A stretch of 64,000 nt of DNA from Flectonema sp. DT1601 (taxonomy: Eukaryota): contig OZ025800.1 of the NCBI GenBank assembly GCA_964019425.1, forward strand, positions 682,001 through 746,000. Reading direction: 5' to 3'. Positions 44,346-53,764 of this stretch are shown here, piece by piece. The notes under the pieces were generated by a model. It did no database searches. It was given only the letters and a program-made list of their open reading frames with translations, and was not told where the DNA came from. Both the position numbers and the translations under genes were made by a program. Position 1 is the first letter of the stretch. The number at the start of each line of letters is the position of its first letter.

Positions 44346-44954
44346 TCACACGAAGACGGTGTTCGCTCTCTTGGGTTTCTTACACTTGTCACCAGACTCT
44401 GAAGTGTTATCATTCATAACGACATCAGCACCTTCTTCTTGTTCTTCAGGTGCTTCAGCAGCCTTCTTGGCTCTGTTAAGAACTCGTTGCGCTGCAGAGA
44501 CCTTTCCTGCTGCTACACTGGCTGTCTTTTGAACTTCAGGGAGGATTTCTTGTGCCTCCTTGAGAGCCCGCTGAGCAGCTTTCAAAGCATTCGAAGCATC
44601 GTGATACGATGCCTGAACAGTAGCAAGATTCTTCTGAGCAGCTTCGATGTCCATTGGAGTGTCGCTGACTTCTTCGGGTTCCTCAACTTTCACCTTCGGG
44701 AGTTTTGGAAGCTTCTTATCATCATCCTTGACAGTCACCTTTGACTTCTCGAGTAACAGTTCCTGATAACAACATCTGCATCTCATCTCTCCTGTGCTTT
44801 CATTTCGTGTTACTTTCTTCAATGTTTTCTTCTTTCCGCAACTCGCACAGTCAAAGACACAATAACCTTTCAACTTGTACATCACATAACCACTTACAGG
44901 TGTTCTATTTACCTTTTTAAGTACCAGATCTTCAGTAAATGGTGATGCCGGCAT
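44346..44954 (-). CDS. Hypothetical protein with CxxC...CxxC zinc ribbon and coiled coil
   Basis: CASC...CRCC followed by an Ala/Lys/Glu-rich heptad region. Confidence 0.7.
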   Translation of the reverse strand: MPASPFTEDLVLKKVNRTPVSGYVMYKLKGYCVFDCASCGKKKTLKKVTRNESTGEMRCRCCYQELLLEKSKVTVKDDDKKLPKLPKVKVEEPEEVSDTPMDIEAAQKNLATVQASYHDASNALKAAQRALKEAQEILPEVQKTASVAAGKVSAAQRVLNRAKKAAEAPEEQEEGADVVMNDNTSESGDKCKKPKRANTVFV

Positions 44955-46221
44955 GTTGATGTGATGCCTATTTGGAAGTAATTGACTGGGAGATTAACTA
45001 CTTGACTCTTCTGATGATTTATAAACAGTTCTTGTGGCTTTTAATTATAAATGACTACTGAACTATCTGTAGGAAAGGAAAATCGTAATCAGCATATTAA
45101 AATAGTTCTCAAAAAGATATAAAAAGTAAAGAATTGATTTATTTATTTCACTTTTACGCGAACACAACTCTTCGAGGCCGACGGTGGTTGCCAGTCCTCA
45201 GTACTTCTGATCTGGAATACCCTGACTTGCTGAGGGAATCGATAATAAAAAATACAATATAAAAGTAAAAAAAATAAAAAGAAGAGATGAGAAAAAGAAA
45301 TCCGAATGTGTAATCAAATGGGAATTGTCATTGTTTTTAACTTAACAAAATTATTTTTATTTTTATCTATTTTTTTTATTTATTTTTTTCAATGTAAAAA
45401 AAAGTCAGACTGCGGCTGAGTAGACAAGGATGCAACAAGACATCAACATGATTTTTTTTTTTTTTTTTTCCAACATCAGGTAGCAGTAGCAGATAGCCAA
45501 AACTGACTTATCTTACAAATAACAACTGAAGAGAGTGGTTCCTTGCTACGAATCCTATCATAGAAGTCGAATACATATGTTAGAAACACTATCAAGTGCT
45601 CTAAACAAACAAACTCAAGAAGATAAAAAAAAAAAATTAAAAAAAAAAATGGAATGAAAAGATGCACATTAATTAAATTTAAAATAAAATATATATATCC
45701 CTGGTGGGCGAGGAGGGCTTGCAAGAATGACAATTCAATCAAATACAAAAATAACATGATCTGAACTCATCCACGCTTCAGAAAGTCTCACACCAATTCT
45801 TTCGCGGCATGGATCACGCACCCCTACTCAAGAACGGCTTTTGAATACCAGACCTCGGCTGACTATGGATCGCTTGAGCATCATCAATATTGAAGTCTTG
45901 TGCATTCTATCAAATAAATGAAGGGGAAAGAAATGAGAAAAGATAGAGAGCCATGAGAAATAACATATTAAAGTAAGTAAAATGAGAAAGTAAGTTTTGT
46001 GAGAGCCTACTCAGTTTGATAATGCTATTCAGATATACATTACCGAACCTCATATATGAATAGTTACAATCCCCTATTCATTAGAAAGAAATAAAAAAAA
46101 AGGGTACTGTAGGTAGCTACACAGCTACCGATTAAACGAACTTAACAAAACAAGTGAAGAAGATAGCAGTAATTTAATATATAAAAAAAAAAAAAAGGAT
46201 CGATAAATTACGCAAACCAAA

Positions 46222-47055
46222 TCACAACGATAGATCAAACCTTGAGGGCTCACTGTTCAACATGTAGCACCAAACAGTTTTTCCGGGAGTAGCGAGTCTG
46301 CGTTCTGTATAGCGGAGGTAACCTCTGTTTTTTGTTTGAATATGATCGCGTAAGAATGATGGAACTGATTTACCACAGAGGACTATATCGGTTATTACTT
46401 CAGTGAGGGTAGAAAGAGTTAAATCATGAACATCTTGTAATTGGTATCCCTCATAGTTCTCAACAACTATCGCATTAGCAGGGTGTTCCATTATAGCATC
46501 AGGTAGGTTATCGATGATTACAGTTCGTTGGAGGTCTCGACCAATTAGTTGTAAATCTTTTACCTGTGGACCTCTTCCCTTTGATCGCAACCACTTCGGA
46601 TGACTATAAATACACTGACTAATAGTATCACCAAAAGGATCTAACCTAGAGAGAATACCTCCGGCATAAGACCGATTACTGGCTGTCCAGGCGACGACTT
46701 CGCAGTTTAGCTTTCTCAGATTATGTAAAAATTCTGTTATGCCTGGCCGTACCCAAAGTGGTCCTTCTCTGGCATACACAAGAGTCTCATCCAAGTCTAA
46801 TACAACTGTTAGAGAGTATTGTTCTGTTACGGGTCTTAATAGACCTCCTTCGTGATTACTTAGACTTTCACATCTCTGGATTGCCATCGCTCTATTTTTC
46901 GACCATTCTGAACCTGCAAGCCTCTGGCTTGTCGATTTCTGTTCACGTGTTTCCTCATCATAGTGGCTGTGTGATGTTTTGATTATATTAGTGCTCTCCC
47001 TACTATACTTTAACAAAAACTTCTTAGTTATGAAAAATCAATAAAAATACCTCAT
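46222..47055 (-). CDS. NIF/SCP (FCP1-like) HAD phosphatase. Exons 47055-47051, 46999-46222
   Basis: VVLDLDETLV, RPG, WTAS, KDLQLIGRDL, IIDN. A 5-nt first coding exon ATGAG supplies the missing start (MRESTNII). Confidence 0.9.
47000..47050 (-). other. Probable intron, 51 nt, with tandem TAGTAG acceptor
   Basis: GTATTT...aagtaTAGTAG; both AGs keep the frame. Confidence 0.65.
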
Positions 47056-47377
47056 TGAGTATCGACGTAGAGCTGTCCTCAAGGCACCTCGCAAGCAGAA
47101 TGAGAGTTGCTGAAGAGTTGGGCTGTTATTTTTATTATTATTTGGTTTTCGAAGCTATTTTGATGTGAAAAAAACTATATTAACATAAAAATGACTTCCT
47201 ATAATGGGGGTTAAAGAATCACTTGGCGCTGTTAGTCGGAAATCAGAAAACCCTTTACGAACACACACAAAACGTTTTTGCTTTTCGCAGTCGGGTCGGC
47301 TGCTTGGCCGGCTTCTGCTAAACTGCGCACTAATTTTTCTGTGGCTCCGGTTAGCACGCAACATCTTTTCTGCAGTC

Positions 47378-48472
47378 TCAACAATGACAAAAGCCGGCGA
47401 TAGTTCCGCATCGAGTATCCACATCCCGACGAAGATCACAAATCCTCGTCAGGATGCTAACAACAGCGACTCGAATTGTGCCATCGTGACTTTCATGCCC
47501 TGGATGAGGGATCCCCGTGAAGGGGAGGCAACGAACCCAAGCTTGATGGGTGTGCCGCCGAGGCGAGACCCCTCTTACTGTTCTTTGCTGCTGCTTTCTT
47601 AACCGGTATTTTTGCCGAAAAAAGGGAGGAAAACACGGAGGGCAAAACGGAGAACGGAAATGTGAACTGTGATCTATCGGGTCAATTATATTTCCTACCA
47701 TACAAAAGTTTGGATGCAAAAAGAAAATTACAAACCGGAGTTGAGAAGAAGTTACAATTTCCCTTATAAAAGAAGATGGTTGATAGCCTCCTGTGATTGA
47801 TGCAGCTGTGGCTGTGGAGGAACTGCGTTGTCTTTGTACTGAAGTAGAAGACTTGCAATCAGATTGAAATGAATTCATATCTACACCATGAAGACTTCCA
47901 CTGGCGATGTTATCGACAGAGGAAGGTTCCCAAGCAAAGGATTGATAGCTTTCACAGCATGATGATTTTTGAAAATCAGTTCCTTGAGGAATCGAACTTG
48001 CTACTGGAAATTGAATAGGAGACGATGAGACCAAATCAATCATGTTATTACAGTCCTCACTCTCAACATACCACTGACATAGAATTTCAAGAGCAGCAGG
48101 TTTCAACAACGGAGTGCTATCCGTGTGCATAACTAACGCTATAACTTCCTGTTCTGTTTCTAATTTATGAACGATGTGAAGGTCATCAAGTTGAGATTCT
48201 CGTTCTACCGCATCAGTTAGTAGTCGACTAGCTAAGTCTTCATCAGTGGGGATATCGTAGCCTATGTCAGTAGAGCTTTGTCTTATTATTTTTATTGCTT
48301 TACTTATTCCCTTATGGTTACGAGTTTTCTCATCTCCAGAATAAATAATTAAAACATTCCACAACAGTATTTGAATGTCTAACAAATCTCCCGAACAGAA
48401 TCGAAGCTCACCACGAGACGGCGGTTGCTGCTGTTCCTGACAATTCCTTGACAGGCTGAGTTGGCATCCCAT
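47378..48472 (-). CDS. Hypothetical protein with MGC N-terminus (putative dual acylation); 3' structure uncertain
   Basis: 364-aa ORF on the coding strand; the C-terminal third has atypical composition and may be intron read-through. Confidence 0.55.
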   Translation of the reverse strand: MGCQLSLSRNCQEQQQPPSRGELRFCSGDLLDIQILLWNVLIIYSGDEKTRNHKGISKAIKIIRQSSTDIGYDIPTDEDLASRLLTDAVERESQLDDLHIVHKLETEQEVIALVMHTDSTPLLKPAALEILCQWYVESEDCNNMIDLVSSSPIQFPVASSIPQGTDFQKSSCCESYQSFAWEPSSVDNIASGSLHGVDMNSFQSDCKSSTSVQRQRSSSTATAASITGGYQPSSFIREIVTSSQLRFVIFFLHPNFCMVGNIIDPIDHSSHFRSPFCPPCFPPFFRQKYRLRKQQQRTVRGVSPRRHTHQAWVRCLPFTGIPHPGHESHDGTIRVAVVSILTRICDLRRDVDTRCGTIAGFCHC

Positions 48473-48810
48473 GCAATGAAAAGATGCTTTTAATCTGTTT
48501 ATAAAATATAAATAATGCTATTAATAAAACTTTCTCCAAAAGCGAGGCAGTACATGTCACGATAATACGTTTCTACTCATATTTGGTTGTGTGTGAAAAC
48601 TGTGCGGGGTGTGATTAGAACGATTCCTTAAGACGAATAAGTTTTTTTTTTTTTTTTTTTTTTTAATTTTAAATCCATCAACCTTATTTAGTATTTCTCT
48701 TTTTTCCGTTTCTAAATCAAAGTTCTCCCTGTCGGGGGTGGCTCGAACAACTTTCGGAGCGATTAAATTTGTTATTAATAGTTAGCAAAATACATAACTG
48801 ATGACTAAGT

Positions 48811-49226
48811 GGTCTGGGTAGCCCGCATCAGTAATGTTCTAATCTTGAAGATTGTAATTTTATAGCTTCGGCTGGAAGTAATCGATTTCCAGCTCCCACA
48901 GAGGCTAATAGGTTGAAAACAACTAAAGAAAATAAAAGAGAAATGATCTGGGAATGGGAAGGGGGTGAAAAAAAATGAAAAAAAACCTTTTTTATTCATA
49001 TACAGCATCTCTCTTTATAATACGACTATATGTGCCATATGCCCACGTACCACGAAAGAAATAGAAACAGTACCCAGTCCAAAGCACTTTTGTATTGTGG
49101 GCTTACCGAAAGCTTTATAAAAGTACTACAAAAATTGGGCAGCACATAGCCGTATCACTCAGCAAGAAATGAAAACAAAAGGATTAAATAAGATGACAGT
49201 CAGTTTGTGGTCATAACTGCGCCGGA
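48811..49226. repeat. Diverged direct repeat, copy 1 (~415 nt)
   Basis: Shares ordered blocks with 49779-50163: ggtctgggtagccc, aacaactaaagaaaataaaagagaaat, acagcatctctctttataatacga, gcttaccgaaag, cactcagcaagaaatgaa, taagatgacagtcagttt.tggtcataactgcgccgga. Confidence 0.92.
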
Positions 49227-49778
49227 CCAAATTAGATCAGGGTAATCAAGAATGGAAAAAAAAAAAAGAAAACCTGAACAAGCAGGGAACGAACGAAAGA
49301 AGAATGTCAAAAAAGAAAACCGCATCTGCAGAAAGTGTAAGGTTGTAGGAGTTGTCTCACTCCGACCCACCAGGAGTAGAACACAGAACGGAAAACAGTT
49401 ACGTATGAACTTCTAATTAAACCAAATATCATCATTTAGTATTATCAAAAACACAACGTACGGAGTGTTATCATCAACCATCTCAACAATCAGAAAGCTC
49501 ACCCAATCCAAGTGGCTAACTAATAAGACGTAGATAAGCTCACACAGTGGCAACACGTCAGAAATATCTGAAAAGAAAAAACCTCACCAGAAGTTGCCGA
49601 TTAATTGTAATTTAACTCTTACATAAGTAAAATAAGCAGATCAACAGCTTCGATGGTCGTACGTGCTGACCTTCGATGACAACAGCTACTGTTGGCTAGT
49701 TAACTTGCAAGTCGCAGTAAACAACATTAGCTTTAACGTTTTGGCTCACAGAATTTAGTTAGTTTGCGAAATACGAGA

Positions 49779-50163
49779 GGTCTGGGTAGCCCACATCATT
49801 AAGTACCCAATCACGAAGATTGTAGTCAGCTCCCACCTTGCCCAGAGGCTAACAGGTTCAGAACAACTAAAGAAAATAAAAGAGAAATAATCCGGGGTGA
49901 GGGAATGGTGGAAAAAAATTAAAGAAGTTCTTTTTTTTTTTTTTCCACACACAGCATCTCTCTTTATAATACGATCATATGTGCTATATTCTCACGAAAG
50001 AAAATAGATAATCTCGTAACAGTACCGAGGATCGTTCAACCTCAGCTGTCCAAAGCTTACCGAAAGTTTTATAAAAGTAGGGCAGCATATAGCACTCAGC
50101 AAGAAATGAAGACAAAAGGATCAGGTAAGATGACAGTCAGTTTATGGTCATAACTGCGCCGGA
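49779..50163. repeat. Diverged direct repeat, copy 2 (~385 nt)
   Basis: Collinear with 48811-49226, with substitutions and indels. Confidence 0.92.
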
Positions 50164-50553
50164 AGTTAAATGGTGGGATGAAACTTTGACAATGTAAAAA
50201 CAGTAACAAACTGTAATATCGATGGGGGTGAGGTTTTTGTATCATTACGATGGAGATTATATACCTTTGTACAACCCTGTTGTTAAAGTAATTAAATAAC
50301 AATATCATTTGCTCCACTTCAGTATGCTAGCAATGACTCCCTTTCCAAGGAAAGAACCCCAAGCTGCAGGTAAATTTACCCTCGAATTCATTGTGGTTTG
50401 CGGGAAAGGATCAGAGAGTAACAACTTCCGAAGGGGCTGATATAAAATCACGAAAATGCCAAGTTTGTGGATTTCTTTCCGAGCCGAAGAAGAACAAACC
50501 GTTGAGGGCAACACACGTGAAATAGCTTCAGTTCAGCTGCTCGCTAATTTGCT

Positions 50554-52887
50554 TCATCGCTTCTTACTCTTCTTGGTCGGCTTACCATCTGCTGGCGGTA
50601 TGAACTCACCCCCATCTGAAAGAGAGACTTCTGGTTTTAATAGATGTGAAATATCAATATTCGCGTCTACCTTTCGATCGTCTGGAAAAGTGAATGTTAA
50701 CTTAGCTGATGAATCTATAAATCCAACTGAAACTTTCGTAACGAACATCGTATTGTTCTTCCTAACTGGAGTAGGAGCTGGTACTAGATCTGATGGTTTG
50801 TAAATTTGATTATTTTCTGAGTCAGAGTTCTCAAAGTAAACGGTGTCATAATGAGCCTTCTCAGGTCCCGATGGGATGCGTAGGTTAATTAACTTCTCAG
50901 GTTGAGGCTTTCCCTTGAAGTCTGTGTATAAGAGAATATTCATCGTATCCTTTGGAGATACAACGGAAGAGTACATTTGTACAGATCTACCAAAGTTGAT
51001 GCAAAAAGTAAAGTTTTTACCATTTCCATCCGCTGAAGAACATAACCTCCTCAGAAATAAATGATGATGAGCGGAATAATATCCGTCGTACAGTTTAGCC
51101 ATTGATTGAGGTCCGTTAAGATTAGGAAAGAGTGCCCCGTGTCGAATACCTCCTAAGTGATGCAGTGTGATGACAGGGTGTTCTGAGATAGCGCTATCCA
51201 TCCAGTGACCAATCTGGTCAAATATTGGAGGACACTTTGGACAAGTTCTTCCAACGTCTTTTAGTATGTAATCTTTTCCTATTAAATCAAACTGGTGAAA
51301 TCCTCTTGTTTCAGCGAAGTATCTAAAATCAGCTCCCTTAGTGTCTTTCATTAACCAAACAATCAATCTACAAACTGCTCCATCTCCACCAGCATGATTC
51401 CAATTACCGGAATCTAACCAGTGGATTGCATCCTTGGGCATGTTGTTCCATTTCGAAGCCCATGCTTTTTGCATGCCGGCTGATATGAGGACACCGCCTC
51501 CTCCGAAGGCCATGTCACCATGATACCTGGTTTTACGATGCCACTCAGTTGTGTGTCCGATATAGTAGGGAACCTCTTTTGGATCAGGAAAGTGAGATGC
51601 TACCCATAATAAATTATGTGGGAATACCAAAGTGTCGTCATCACACACAAAGAACCATTCTAATTCCAAATTATGAACTACCCAATGAACTGCTAGTGAC
51701 ACTCTCATCACTACTTCAGCATGGCCTCTGACTGATGGTCCAGTTGGTCCGATTAGCCAGGCAGCTGGAGGATGTTTTTTAAACCTTTCTAACATGGTAG
51801 GCATGTAACAGTCTGTTGTAATAACAGGTTTCAGGTCTCCGTTAAATAACCATCTCTCTAATATATCAATCCTTCCTGGTAATGTTGCCTTACTGCTGGT
51901 GATTAGAGGAGCTATTATTGGTTTTGCTTCCTTTGGTGATGGCTTTCTGAGTTCAGGAAGGAATCTTCTTGGAAAACAACAACCTCTGTATCTCTTTATA
52001 CAAGTTGCTCCATCATGTTTCTTGACGCTGGTGTACTTTGGTACTCCACTTAGAAAATGAACCCAATCAGGCAACACGGGTAGGAGAGACCAAGTTCCCT
52101 TGTTCTCACTCTTGCTCGGGTCACCTGAAATAGTAACCCGACCTCCTCTGTCAACAATGTATTTCGGTACCTTCTCATTAGTAACAATGTAGAATCCAAA
52201 ACCGTTCACAAGCGTTTTTGAAAAACCTATTTTGAATTTCTGTGAATTATTTTTAGCAACCGCCTTCAAACGAACACCTCCCTCCGCAGATATAAACTTT
52301 CCTTCTTCTTTGCAGCTTTGAAAAGCGAAGAGGTTTTCTGTTGACTTTTTAGATGCGGGTACTAATCTAACTTGAAGATGAGGGTTGACTCCTCCGAGTA
52401 GAATTGAAAATGAGCATTCAGAGCAAGCCCACCCTGCAGCAGGACAGATGTATTGTTGGATGTGAATACAACCTGAGAAGGTTTCAGAAAACTCATTAGA
52501 ACTGACAGTGAGTGATGTAAAAGTTGAGAAGTCCATTGTTTCATTTGCTAGACTGGTGCTATTTCTTAAGATAGAAACCTCTTCCACGTCGTGATCAAAT
52601 GCAGAAACTTCTTCACCTTCTTCAAATTCTTTGCTTCCCATTCCCAGTGCCTTCCATGATTCTACGTCATCCTCTCCCACAACTTCCGAAACAACAGGAA
52701 CAACAGGTGATATAACACTTTGCTTAGCCATTAAGCTGCTGCCGCCCCCAAACAGTACTATCGCCAATGCGAGTGCACACAACGCTACACATATACATAT
52801 AATTCTCATATGAATTTGCCCTGATCCCCGAGCTGAGAGAGAGTTTCTTGATTGATGTAGCCAAGAATTACTGCGATTGCGAGTCAT
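50554..52887 (-). CDS. Fringe-like / DUF604 (GT31) glycosyltransferase, type II membrane, with an extra beta-rich stem domain
   Basis: N-terminal TM, WFFVCDDDTLVF, YYIG, MAFGGGGVLIS, GGDG, GFHQFD, PVITLHHL. Confidence 0.88.
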   Translation of the reverse strand: MTRNRSNSWLHQSRNSLSARGSGQIHMRIICICVALCALALAIVLFGGGSSLMAKQSVISPVVPVVSEVVGEDDVESWKALGMGSKEFEEGEEVSAFDHDVEEVSILRNSTSLANETMDFSTFTSLTVSSNEFSETFSGCIHIQQYICPAAGWACSECSFSILLGGVNPHLQVRLVPASKKSTENLFAFQSCKEEGKFISAEGGVRLKAVAKNNSQKFKIGFSKTLVNGFGFYIVTNEKVPKYIVDRGGRVTISGDPSKSENKGTWSLLPVLPDWVHFLSGVPKYTSVKKHDGATCIKRYRGCCFPRRFLPELRKPSPKEAKPIIAPLITSSKATLPGRIDILERWLFNGDLKPVITTDCYMPTMLERFKKHPPAAWLIGPTGPSVRGHAEVVMRVSLAVHWVVHNLELEWFFVCDDDTLVFPHNLLWVASHFPDPKEVPYYIGHTTEWHRKTRYHGDMAFGGGGVLISAGMQKAWASKWNNMPKDAIHWLDSGNWNHAGGDGAVCRLIVWLMKDTKGADFRYFAETRGFHQFDLIGKDYILKDVGRTCPKCPPIFDQIGHWMDSAISEHPVITLHHLGGIRHGALFPNLNGPQSMAKLYDGYYSAHHHLFLRRLCSSADGNGKNFTFCINFGRSVQMYSSVVSPKDTMNILLYTDFKGKPQPEKLINLRIPSGPEKAHYDTVYFENSDSENNQIYKPSDLVPAPTPVRKNNTMFVTKVSVGFIDSSAKLTFTFPDDRKVDANIDISHLLKPEVSLSDGGEFIPPADGKPTKKSKKR

Positions 52888-53764
52888 CTTTTTCTTTTCT
52901 TTTCTTTCGTTTTATTAATTCCACCCTTCCCCAACCCCTCTTGCGTTGGTTCGCCTCAACCCTGAATAACAAATAATTAATTTGAACACTCACACACAAA
53001 CAATGGCAACAATATCCTTATGGCAACCCACATCTACACGTGTGTCTGAATAAAACAAAAAGAAACTATCAAAGTGAATAACTTCAACACAACATCGCTA
53101 AAGAAGTGTAATAATTTCGAACCGAAGAAAAAGGAGCTAGAAGAGGAATAAAATAAATGCATCGCACGGAAAGGCTTACCCAAGGCATAAGGGAAAGCAA
53201 ACTTCATTTTGGCGATATAATAGTTTTTTAATTATACCAACGTCAGTAGTCATAGACTTAAAGGTTAGTAATAAGTCTACTAGTTACTTACTATGATTCG
53301 AATGTATTGCGCAAACAAGAAGAAGGGATGAAGCAAGTTGCTCCAAGCTTTTCAGCATAGCTGAAAGAATCAACCATTTTAATAGTGGTGATGATGTAAC
53401 AAGAAACATCACTGAGTAATCAGTATGGCTCTCATCGAAAAAAAAAAGAAAGCCATTACAGAAAGACCAAAATACGCGGGCCGCTTTATTGTCCAAAGAA
53501 CAGGGGCATCCGAGTAATAACAAAGAAAAAGGCGTTTCGAATAAAGCTGGAAAGGAAGACAATTTAATATTATGACATCATTCGATACCACAATTGGATA
53601 GGAGAAGGAATTATTGCCAGAGAGGATCAAAGGATGCATGATCGAAAGATACACTCCCAGCTCAACAACTCAAACAAGTTCAAGAGTTAATTAATTTCCC
53701 AATCAGGTTAATGAGTATAGCATAAACATAATTATCGTGAGAGGTCATCACTTGTCATAAATGT

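Noticed and set aside
45765..45905. Possible box C/D snoRNA (TGATGA...CTGA on the minus strand) or a tiny ORF MLKRSIVSRG...
   Set aside because: No clean terminal stem, no rRNA guide I can verify, and the ORF stops after ~17 codons
48721..48765. gttcgagcc, resembling a tRNA T-loop on the minus strand
   Set aside because: No T-stem, acceptor stem or cloverleaf
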